The notes beneath the pieces are model-generated. The model was not told the origin of the DNA. It was given only the letters and a program-made list of their open reading frames with translations, and did no database searches. From assembly GCA_963635055.1 (NCBI GenBank), contig CAVHEM010000009.1, forward strand, positions 9,757-73,756: a stretch of 64,000 nucleotides of DNA, in the 5' to 3' direction. Within the stretch, counting starts at the first letter, position 1; each line of letters opens with the position of its first letter. Positions 1 to 7,576 of the stretch are shown in pieces. The position numbers and the translations under genes are program-made. This stretch comes from Bacteroidaceae bacterium. GTDB taxonomy: Bacteria > Cyanobacteriota > Vampirovibrionia > Gastranaerophilales > Gastranaerophilaceae.

Positions 1-443
1 TTTGGATAGCGTTCAAGGTGAAGTCCTTTTCTTATCCATTCGACAATATTGTTTTTTGTTGTATCAATATTATTAAACTCTTTATAAATAAATGAATATA
101 AACCTGTTCTATCTACACCTTCCATGCAGTGAATATGCATTCTTCCGCCTTTATTTTTTATCTTTTCTGTTAAGTTCAAAAACTTGAAAATATTTTCTTC
201 TTTTGGAGATTTTGAAACCGAGGGGATTGAATGGTATTTCATACCAAGAGAGTTTACGACTTCATGTTCATTGAAATTTAATTTTGCAGTTTTGTTTCGT
301 CTAAAGTTGATAATATCTGTCACACCTTGTTCTTTTAACCACGAAAAATCTTCTTGCTCAGGTTGACCGGAGCGAGAAACAAACTTGTCTATTCTGTCGT
401 ATTTAGGCGGAATGCCGGTAAATGTAATTTGTGTTGTTTTCAT
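1..443 (-). CDS. Cys-based protein tyrosine/dual-specificity phosphatase-like protein (N-terminal part; C-terminus runs off the left edge)
   Basis: Not in the ORF track because no stop lies inside the window. Reverse-strand translation from ATG 443-441 gives MKTTQITFTGIPPKYDRIDKFVSRSGQPEQEDFSWLKEQGVTDIINFR...GGRMHIHCMEGVDRTGLYSF. HCMEGVDRT fits the HCX5R(S/T) phosphatase P-loop. Confidence 0.7.
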   Translation of the reverse strand, partial: MKTTQITFTGIPPKYDRIDKFVSRSGQPEQEDFSWLKEQGVTDIINFRRNKTAKLNFNEHEVVNSLGMKYHSIPSVSKSPKEENIFKFLNLTEKIKNKGGRMHIHCMEGVDRTGLYSFIYKEFNNIDTTKNNIVEWIRKGLHLERYP

Positions 444-446
444 GAT

Positions 447-845
447 TTATGATATATTTTCTGCGATATTTGTTTCAACTTTTGGTAATTTGTCAATTTT
501 TTTATTAATATCGTTTATATTGTTTGCAGATTTTATTGCTTTTTCCAAAAATTTTAATCCGAACGGTTTGATTAATCTTTGGCGAAAAGTTACTGTTTTT
601 AGTGCATCTTCGCTATTGTCTATAATATCTGCTGCTAGAGCTTTTCTGTTTTTGCATTTTCTTACCACTATATCAACAGGATTGATTTCTTGGTCTTCAA
701 CTAATCTGTCCAATTGATTCCAAAAGTTGCTGTAAGTGTTTTCAGACGCTTTGTATGTTTGTTTTTTCAATATTGCATTTGCACTTTTGTCAAATTTTAT
801 TGCCATTCCAAAGTTTGGAGTATTGTTTACTTGTGTAATATTCAT
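447..845 (-). CDS. Hypothetical protein (132 aa), probably co-transcribed with the downstream phosphatase-like gene
   Basis: ORF track. Strong SD (GGGGG) about 4 nt upstream of the ATG at 845. The stop lies 3 nt before the phosphatase start. No recognisable motif. Confidence 0.5.
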   Translation of the reverse strand: MNITQVNNTPNFGMAIKFDKSANAILKKQTYKASENTYSNFWNQLDRLVEDQEINPVDIVVRKCKNRKALAADIIDNSEDALKTVTFRQRLIKPFGLKFLEKAIKSANNINDINKKIDKLPKVETNIAENIS

Positions 846-916
846 ATTTCCCCCTAGTTTTTTATTTTAAAGTCCGTAAATAATATTTTTGCTAGTTATG
901 AGAAGAAGATTTTACA

Positions 917-948
917 AAAAAGAGGTTTTTAAAGAAAAACCTCTTTCC
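917..948 (-). terminator. Rho-independent terminator downstream of the flavodoxin-like gene
   Basis: Perfect inverted repeat AAAGAGGTTTTT/AAAAACCTCTTT around a 4-nt loop, followed by a T-run on the minus strand. Confidence 0.6.
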
Positions 949-954
949 AAAATT

Positions 955-1584
955 TTATCTGATGAAATTTGTTTTTTCTCCTGTTTCAAAATGTGGTTTG
1001 TCTGAGCCGTTTTGTTTGCCTAGTTCAATACATTTCAATATCCATGCCATGTTGTGACCTATATTTTTCATCGTTTGCAATCCTTCTTTATCTTGCAAAA
1101 CTTCTTCCGGTTTGTTGCCGTGTACCATGTTCCAGTAAGTTGAACTGATTATAGGCATTTGACGAATGGTAAAATATTTATTTAAGACATCAAGAGAAGC
1201 GGTTGTTCCTGCTCTTCTTGCAGATGCAATTGATGCGGCAGGTTTGAATTGATAAATTCCTTGACTTCCGCTACTATAAAACGCTCTATCTAAAAATGAT
1301 AAAATTCTTCCGCTCGGGTGAGCAAAATAAACAGGGGTTCCAAAAACAAATCCGTCAGCATCTTTTGATTTTTCGACAAATTCGTTTACTTTGTCATCAG
1401 TAAATATGCATTTTCCGGTTTCCCTACATTTTCCGCAGCCTATACAATCTCTGATTGGTGTGGCACCAATTTGAAAAATTTCATAGTCTATACCGTATGT
1501 GTTGAGAGTCTTACCAACTTCTTCAAGTGCTGTATACGTACAGCCTTTTAGGTTTGAACTTCCATTGAGCATTAAAACTTTCAT
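955..1584 (-). CDS. Flavodoxin-fold NADPH-dependent FMN reductase / iron-sulfur flavoprotein family protein
   Basis: MKVLMLNGSSNLKGCTYT... N-terminus, CIGCGKCRETGKC Cys cluster and FGTPVYFAHPSG motif. Start moved to the internal ATG at 1584, which has an AAAGGAG SD. The longer track ORF (to 1731) covers a structured leader. Confidence 0.75.
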   Translation of the reverse strand: MKVLMLNGSSNLKGCTYTALEEVGKTLNTYGIDYEIFQIGATPIRDCIGCGKCRETGKCIFTDDKVNEFVEKSKDADGFVFGTPVYFAHPSGRILSFLDRAFYSSGSQGIYQFKPAASIASARRAGTTASLDVLNKYFTIRQMPIISSTYWNMVHGNKPEEVLQDKEGLQTMKNIGHNMAWILKCIELGKQNGSDKPHFETGEKTNFIR

Positions 1585-1670
1585 ATAAAATCTCCTTTCG
1601 CAAAACAAGTTTATCAAAAGAGAAGTTTCTTTTAAAGCCCTATGGAGTAAGTTTGATAATTTGACTTTTC

Positions 1671-1788
1671 TAAAAATAAAAGATGCCCTATTCCTAGTAG
1701 GACACCTTTTACAAATTATTTCTAGATTCATATAAGGGGAACTATAAGTTGGTTAAACTTAAGCGGAGTTTAGCCAACTCCCTTATAT
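1671..1788 (-). promoter_or_regulatory. Structured 5' leader: ~58-nt imperfect hairpin (1731-1788) followed by a terminator-like hairpin with U-tract (1671-1709)
   Basis: Minus strand UAUAAGGG..GUUGGCUAAAC-loop-GUUUAACCAAC..CCCUUAUA, then AGGUGUCCUA-loop-UAGGGCAUCU followed by UUUUAUUUUU. It lies about 87 nt upstream of the flavodoxin-like start. No known riboswitch class recognised. Confidence 0.35.
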
Positions 1789-1792
1789 TTTT

Positions 1793-1821
1793 ATTATAAA
1801 CTATATTGAACTTTTTTTCAA
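1793..1821 (-). promoter_or_regulatory. Sigma-70-like promoter for the flavodoxin-like gene leader
   Basis: Minus strand TTGAAA (1821-1816), 17-nt spacer, TATAAT (1798-1793). The predicted start falls at the base of the leader hairpin. Confidence 0.45.
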
Positions 1822-1893
1822 CTAAATTGATAATTTTATTTTGTCACCCCAAAGTCACCCATTTTATATTGTAATTATAAATATCTATTCGAC

Positions 1894-1922
1894 TTGACAA
1901 AACTAAAGACATCGTAAATAAT
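1894..1922 (+). promoter_or_regulatory. Plus-strand sigma-70-like promoter pointing antisense into the 24-aa peptide ORF
   Basis: TTGACA (1894-1899), 17-nt spacer, AATAAT (1917-1922). A transcript from here would be antisense to the 1981-2055 ORF and its 3' hairpin. Confidence 0.35.
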
Positions 1923-1980
1923 ATAGGTGTAGGGCGAGAGCCTTTATCTCGGGTAAAGCATAAAGACTCTGCTTCGCACC

Positions 1981-2055
1981 CTACATTTTAAACAATTTTA
2001 GTGCTATTACTGCTACCGAAAATGCTAGTAATAGCATTATTATTTTGTCTATCAT
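1981..2055 (-). CDS. Small hydrophobic peptide, 24 aa (MIDKIIMLLLAFSVAVIALKLFKM); candidate type I toxin-like or small membrane peptide
   Basis: Internal ATG of track ORF 1981-2184, preceded by AAAGGAGG with a 9-nt spacer. It has a single predicted TM helix with charged ends. The stop codon lies inside a long imperfect hairpin (about 1927-1985). Confidence 0.35.
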   Translation of the reverse strand: MIDKIIMLLLAFSVAVIALKLFKM

Positions 2056-2136
2056 GCAGCATTGCCTCCTTTCATCCAATTTCTTCGTTAAATTGCGTGT
2101 GATGGAAGTTAGCATTGTGCTATGCCCTACGTTGCT

Positions 2137-2165
2137 ATTATAACAGAAAATCCACAAGTTCGAAA
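2137..2165 (-). promoter_or_regulatory. Extended -10 promoter for the small peptide transcript
   Basis: Minus strand TTTCGA, 17-nt spacer, TGtTATAAT (TG at 2145-2144, TATAAT at 2142-2137). Confidence 0.4.
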
Positions 2166-2182
2166 CGAATGAGCGTAATTGC

Positions 2183-2218
2183 AAAATAAAAAGAGCTCTT
2201 GAAAACTCAAGAACTCTT
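2183..2218 (-). terminator. Rho-independent terminator after tRNA-Arg (possibly bidirectional)
   Basis: AAGAGCTCTTGA / TCAAGAACTCTT stem around an AAAC loop, with a T-rich tract downstream on the minus strand. Confidence 0.6.
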
Positions 2219-2221
2219 TAT

Positions 2222-2295
<74 letters not shown>

Positions 2296-2419
2296 ACATT
2301 TCGTACAAATGAATATTATATTAAACATAAAAATTTTTCAAGTGGATTTTTTAATTTTAACTTATTTAACATTTTTGATTTTCTGTGAAATAGATATATA
2401 ATTTTTTTAGGTAGAACTT

Positions 2420-4288
2420 ATGAAACATTTTATTATTAAATTTTTATGTGTAATTGCATTTATCCTATGCTTTGTTGGAAATGTATTTGCGGCAGATTTT
2501 GGAATTACTTCGGTTGTTTATGACGATTCAACTTCATTTTTGTCAATAAATTCAAATGACAATGGCGAATATACGTTTAGTGAAGTTCCAAAATTATATG
2601 TTGATCAACAGGAACATAAGGCTTATTTTGATATAAATCCTGCAGAGTTGAAAATTCCGGCACAAGATTTAGTTATTAATTCTTCAAATATTAAAGAAGT
2701 TTTGGTTAAACAACATTCAGTAGAACCAAATGTAGTAAGAGTTACAATGTTGTATAACGATGGCTTTAACCCTAAAAATATTCAGTTAAAACGGTTGAAT
2801 AATTCATTGTTTGTGCGTTTTAGTACTGCACAAATTCAGAATTATTATTTCCAGCATGTTTATACAGATGCAACGTCTTCGGTTAATGATTTTTTAGAAA
2901 CTTCAAGTATTCAAGTACCTTTACAGATTACAAATAATAGTATAATCAGTCAGATAAATTCAGCGTTTCAGTTGGGTGCAACAACAGAAGAGAAAAACTA
3001 TATTTTGACTCGGAAAGAATTATTTTTGCAATCTAAATACTATATAGATAATTTAAACGTAAAAAATGGTGTTGTTCTTGTGAATGGTTTTGGTGCCGTT
3101 ACTTTGACGAAACCGTTTACTTTAACAAATCCGCAAAGAGTTGTTTATGATATTCCGAATGCTATAGTAAATCCGTCTATTCGAAATAAAGAAATTTATA
3201 TTACCCAGACTGAAACCGTAAAAATCGGACAGTTTGACAAATCTACTGCTCGTATTGTTATATCAAGCAAGTATGCAGATAAGTACTTGCCGGTGATTTC
3301 CGCAGATGGGCAAAATCTTGAGTTTATAAATGGTGTGACTGATACAAGACCACTTGTGTCAATGCAAAAATCTGTTTTTAACAATTTGATTGAAGAAATT
3401 GCGGATTCAAAGACTATTTATGACAAGTTTGTATTTACTAAACCTGTTGTTTATGCAGTTGATAGAAATTCTTCAAGCATAGATTTTTATTTTTATAATG
3501 CTGATAAGTCCTCAACTTTGAATTTAAAATCTTCAAAAGTGTTCAATGATGCAAAAATTACCTCATTAACAAATGGTGGAATAAAAGTTTCATTGCCATT
3601 AGAAAAAGGTGATGTTGTTGACCTTCATGCCGGAAATGATGGTAAAACTTTAAGGCTGAAAATTGTTTCTCAAGCAGTTAATTTGCCTGTAGTTAAAGAG
3701 GTTGAAGACCCTGTAGTTACAGTTCCTACTGTTGTTATTACTCCTGTTAAAAAAGATAATACGAAAAAAGTTGTCGTAATTGATGCCGGTCATGGTGGGA
3801 CTGATTGTGGTGCAACAAGGAACGGTATTTATGAGAAAAACATAACTCTTGATGTTTCTAAAAAAGTTTATGATTTGCTTATTAAAAAAGGCTATGATGT
3901 CTATATGACAAGGGATAAAGATGAATTTGTTTCATTGCAAGACCGAGTTACGATAAGTGAAAATATTTCACCAGATATCTTTGTAAGTATTCACGTAAAT
4001 TCAAGTAATGCTGAATCTCCAAACGGATTGGAAACTCACTATTATAAGGATAACAGTTTGCAACTTGCAAAAACCGTTCATGCTTCTATGTTAAATCATA
4101 TCAAAGCTTACAATAGAGGCTTGTTCAAATCTAAATTTTATGTTATAAACCATACGACAGCACCTGCAATTTTGGTAGAAATCGGATTTATTTCGAATAA
4201 CGCAGAACGTGCACAATTAGTTTCAGAAAGTCGTAAACAGGCTACGGCAAAAGCAATAGCGGAAGGAATACATGAATACCTTAAATAG
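2420..4288 (+). CDS. N-acetylmuramoyl-L-alanine amidase (Amidase_3 family, AmiC-like, long N-terminal region)
   Basis: Signal peptide MKHFIIKFLCVIAFILCFVGNVFA. The C-terminal catalytic domain has VVVIDAGHGGTDCGA...SIHVNS...LVEIGFISN. Confidence 0.85.
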   Translation: MKHFIIKFLCVIAFILCFVGNVFAADFGITSVVYDDSTSFLSINSNDNGEYTFSEVPKLYVDQQEHKAYFDINPAELKIPAQDLVINSSNIKEVLVKQHSVEPNVVRVTMLYNDGFNPKNIQLKRLNNSLFVRFSTAQIQNYYFQHVYTDATSSVNDFLETSSIQVPLQITNNSIISQINSAFQLGATTEEKNYILTRKELFLQSKYYIDNLNVKNGVVLVNGFGAVTLTKPFTLTNPQRVVYDIPNAIVNPSIRNKEIYITQTETVKIGQFDKSTARIVISSKYADKYLPVISADGQNLEFINGVTDTRPLVSMQKSVFNNLIEEIADSKTIYDKFVFTKPVVYAVDRNSSSIDFYFYNADKSSTLNLKSSKVFNDAKITSLTNGGIKVSLPLEKGDVVDLHAGNDGKTLRLKIVSQAVNLPVVKEVEDPVVTVPTVVITPVKKDNTKKVVVIDAGHGGTDCGATRNGIYEKNITLDVSKKVYDLLIKKGYDVYMTRDKDEFVSLQDRVTISENISPDIFVSIHVNSSNAESPNGLETHYYKDNSLQLAKTVHASMLNHIKAYNRGLFKSKFYVINHTTAPAILVEIGFISNNAERAQLVSESRKQATAKAIAEGIHEYLK

Positions 4289-5096
4289 ACAATTTGATAG
4301 CAATTCCCCGATAGGCTTTTTTGATTCTGGTGTTGGTGGTTTGACCGTTTTGAATAAAGTTAAACAAATTTTACCTAATGAAAACTTTGTTTATTATGGT
4401 GATACATTGCACATGCCTTATGGTGATAAGTCAAAAGAGCAGTTGCTGGAGTATTCCAAAGATATTTTAGACTTTTTTGAACATAAAGGTTGTAAAGCGG
4501 TTGTAATGGCATGTAACACGACTTCTTCAACTATTTATAACGATATAAAAAATGATTACGAATTCAAATTGTACCCTATAGTGCAATCTGTTGCAAAGAT
4601 TTTGGCGCAATTACCAGTTGAAAGACTAGGTATTTTTGCAACCAGAGCAACTATAGAATCCGGTGCATATCAAAATGAAATTCATAAATATAATTCGCAA
4701 ATGAAAGTTTTTGGACAATATTGTCCGAAATGGGTTCATATTGTGGAAAATTCTACAAAAAATACGCAAGAAAGCCGTCAAACAATCAAGGTAGATTTAC
4801 TAAAAATGTTGGAAAATAATCCGGAAAAGATTGTTTTAGGCTGCACTCATTATCCGTTTTTGATTGATGTTTTGTCTGAATTTGTTCCATCGAATCTATT
4901 TATTGACCCTGCTATTGATTTTGCAAAATATATTAAACAAGATTTGGCTATTTCAGATTTGTTGAACTCTTCAAATCTACAAAATAAAGAGGAGTTTTAT
5001 GTAAGTGCAAATCCCGAACAGTTCAAAATATCAGCACAAATGTTTTATGAATTGAATACAAAACCGGAATTGCTAACTTTTAAGAATTTGGTTTAG
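4272..5096 (+). CDS. murI: Glutamate racemase
   Basis: IGFFDSGVGGLTVL, VMACNTTSS and LGCTHYPF motifs. Overlaps the amidase gene by 17 nt. Confidence 0.9.
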   Translation: MNTLNRQFDSNSPIGFFDSGVGGLTVLNKVKQILPNENFVYYGDTLHMPYGDKSKEQLLEYSKDILDFFEHKGCKAVVMACNTTSSTIYNDIKNDYEFKLYPIVQSVAKILAQLPVERLGIFATRATIESGAYQNEIHKYNSQMKVFGQYCPKWVHIVENSTKNTQESRQTIKVDLLKMLENNPEKIVLGCTHYPFLIDVLSEFVPSNLFIDPAIDFAKYIKQDLAISDLLNSSNLQNKEEFYVSANPEQFKISAQMFYELNTKPELLTFKNLV

Positions 5097-6059
5097 GCAA
5101 TCTTGGTATTTTTCAACCTCTATAATATCGTCTGATTTTTTGATTGCATTTTTGTCAATATTTAATACTGTTTTGTTTTCTTTTACCGCAAAAGTCGGGA
5201 TATTTCGTTTTATGCTTTCAAAAACAGGTATTGAGCCAAGCGAATTGTATGGCATAACCGTAAAATCAAGGTCATTAACGTTAATTCCGTCAGACTTATC
5301 CATTGATATTTTAGGTGCTTGTGACAATCCTAGCAGAATGCACGGCAAAAATGTCGGTGTTATATATTCTGACGCTGATTTTGGGTTCACTATTTCAGTT
5401 TCTACTTCACAAGTTCTAAATGCCGGAGAATGTGCGCAGGGAACCTTGTAATGTTTTGAAATGTAATGTGAGAGAATTGCTTCAACTCCGCCAACAGGGT
5501 CTACACCTGTTCCATTTGAGTATTCAGGATTGTCCTCATCAGAATCTTCAAACAAACAAACAATTGCGATTGCTTCACAGCCTTTATTTAATAAGTTTTC
5601 ACAAGATTTGCCGAGTGTTTCGATATTTCTTACGTTGCCGGTTGAAATTCCGTCTTCATTCATGAAAAATTCAACACCGACATCTTCTTCTGTGATTTCA
5701 TATTCTGCAATATCAATTCCGTAAACTACTTTTACTGCATTATGAGTATTGATGTGTACATTCAAAATATCTTGCGGAATTGCTTTATCATAAATTATGC
5801 CGATTTTGTTATTGTTTGAAGGTACTAAATTTATTTCACCTTTGAAAAATGAATCCAGAGTGTAACCTTCTGTGTATAGCATATTTTCGGTTATTGCAGA
5901 AAATCCGCCCGCATTTACAACATTTGGATTGACAATAATATTTGTTTCTTTAGCAAAACGTCTTGCGTAGGCTCCGGCATCTCCTGCATATCCGCCAATT
6001 GATGCGCCAATGCCTGTTGGAACGATAAAAGCACCGATTTTTTTATTATTTATTGTCAT
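5073..6059 (-). CDS. Conserved hypothetical protein, DUF3326-like (assignment from memory of the PTGIGAxIGGxAGDA N-terminal signature)
   Basis: IVPTGIGASIGGYAGDAGAYARRFA at the N-terminus. The start overlaps the stop of the upstream amidase gene by 14 nt. Confidence 0.5.
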   Translation of the reverse strand: MTINNKKIGAFIVPTGIGASIGGYAGDAGAYARRFAKETNIIVNPNVVNAGGFSAITENMLYTEGYTLDSFFKGEINLVPSNNNKIGIIYDKAIPQDILNVHINTHNAVKVVYGIDIAEYEITEEDVGVEFFMNEDGISTGNVRNIETLGKSCENLLNKGCEAIAIVCLFEDSDEDNPEYSNGTGVDPVGGVEAILSHYISKHYKVPCAHSPAFRTCEVETEIVNPKSASEYITPTFLPCILLGLSQAPKISMDKSDGINVNDLDFTVMPYNSLGSIPVFESIKRNIPTFAVKENKTVLNIDKNAIKKSDDIIEVEKYQDCLNQILKS

Positions 6060-7464
6060 TTATATATTTCTCCATTCCGTTAAAAATTGCTTTAGCGGTT
6101 GTTTCTTGAAATTCTTCATTTGTAAGTTTTTCCATATCTCTCGGGCTAATCATATAACCAACTTCAAGAAGAACAGATAGGCTTTCAGTATTTCTGACAA
6201 CCGCAAAACTTGCATCATTTACTCCGTTGTTTTTCAAACCTGTTTGCTTGTTAAGTTCTGATAAAATATCTTGAGCAAGTTCTGAGGCTTGCGGATAATA
6301 TACATATCCTGTTGAGCCTGTTGGATTTGTGATTTTTGAACCGTTTCCAAGTGAGTCATTGTGAATACTTAAAAATATGTCAGAATTATGTTGCTTTGAA
6401 AATTCAACTCTATCATTCAGACTGACATCTTTATCCTCACTCCTTGTCATAAATACATTAGCACCTGCATTTTCAAGATATTTTTTTAATTTTAAAGCGA
6501 TTTGCAAGTTTATGTCTTTTTCGTAATTGCCAAGACAACCTACCGCACCGAGTTCACTTCCGCCATGTCCTGCATCAAGTGTAATATTTAACCCTTTTAA
6601 TGGCGAGTCTTTAGTTTGTGCTATTTTTGTATCTTTAATTTCAATAACAAGTTCGTGGCTATTTTTGTAGTAGCTTTTATATCCTGTGCTGAATCCTGTT
6701 TTATTTATATGGATTTCGTATTTGTTTTCAGGATAGTTTTTAACGTTATAAACCGTTAAATCAAGTCCATCATTCGTTCTTATAAAATGACTCATTCTTT
6801 TATCTGTTTTATATACAATACCTTCACTCAAAACATACGGAACTTTTTTATTAACTTTTATTGTAAAAATACGACCTTGCGGAGTTTCTTCATATACAAA
6901 GCCTTCAACTTTTACCGGTGAATTGTTATAGCCATTAATTGAAGTGACAAAAGATTTATCAATCCAAGCGTAATCATCTCTTGCAAGTTGAACTAGGAAG
7001 AAGTTTTGGTATTCTCCAATAATATTTAAAGGCATTCCTTTGTCAAAATGCTGTAATCTGGTAATTCCGCCATCATAAGGAAATGAGCGAAGCGGTACAT
7101 TATCTTTTATTGTTGCAACGATTTGCGGAGCATCAAAATATGTAATATTATCCGGAGCAACGTAAGGTTTTATTTCTTCTCTATTGATAATATATGTTTT
7201 TTGCTCTGTTCCATTATCAATAATGAATTTATTTTGTCCTAATTCCAAATTGACAGGGTAAAAAAATCCGCCTTGTCGTGATAGTTTAACTTCTTTTGAA
7301 TTTATCGTAAGTTTCTTTTCCGGATTTTCGTGACCTGTAAAAAACGTAGAGTCAGCGTTAATAGTTACGTTTTCTGATTGCGGGTAAACTATTTCTACAC
7401 TGTTTGCCGTTTGGCTTCCTATTGTCAAACAACTTAATACTGCTATTAAAAGATAATTTTTCAT
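6046..7464 (-). CDS. N-acetylmuramoyl-L-alanine amidase (Amidase_3 family) with N-terminal accessory region
   Basis: Signal peptide MKNYLLIAVLSCLTIGSQTANS. C-terminal LDAGHGGSELGAVG...SIHNDS...LLEVGYMISP. Confidence 0.85.
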   Translation of the reverse strand: MKNYLLIAVLSCLTIGSQTANSVEIVYPQSENVTINADSTFFTGHENPEKKLTINSKEVKLSRQGGFFYPVNLELGQNKFIIDNGTEQKTYIINREEIKPYVAPDNITYFDAPQIVATIKDNVPLRSFPYDGGITRLQHFDKGMPLNIIGEYQNFFLVQLARDDYAWIDKSFVTSINGYNNSPVKVEGFVYEETPQGRIFTIKVNKKVPYVLSEGIVYKTDKRMSHFIRTNDGLDLTVYNVKNYPENKYEIHINKTGFSTGYKSYYKNSHELVIEIKDTKIAQTKDSPLKGLNITLDAGHGGSELGAVGCLGNYEKDINLQIALKLKKYLENAGANVFMTRSEDKDVSLNDRVEFSKQHNSDIFLSIHNDSLGNGSKITNPTGSTGYVYYPQASELAQDILSELNKQTGLKNNGVNDASFAVVRNTESLSVLLEVGYMISPRDMEKLTNEEFQETTAKAIFNGMEKYINDNK

Positions 7465-7576
7465 ATAACTACTATACTATAATTTTACAAAAAATATAAT
7501 TTCGTAAATTTATTTAATATTTATGATATTTGAGTTCCATTGTGATAAAATTAGTGTATTGAGGGATAGTAAATTC

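Noticed and set aside
184-717. Plus-strand ORFs 184-366 and 385-717
   Set aside because: Both lie antisense to better-supported minus-strand genes: the phosphatase-like ORF with a CX5R motif, and ORF 447-845 with a strong SD. Their products are hydrophobic, low-complexity translations typical of the reverse strand of K/N-rich genes.
1585-1731. N-terminal extension of the flavodoxin-like ORF (track start 1731)
   Set aside because: The extension has no SD and runs through a terminator-like hairpin. The internal ATG at 1584 has AAAGGAG and gives the canonical MKVLMLNGS flavodoxin-fold start.
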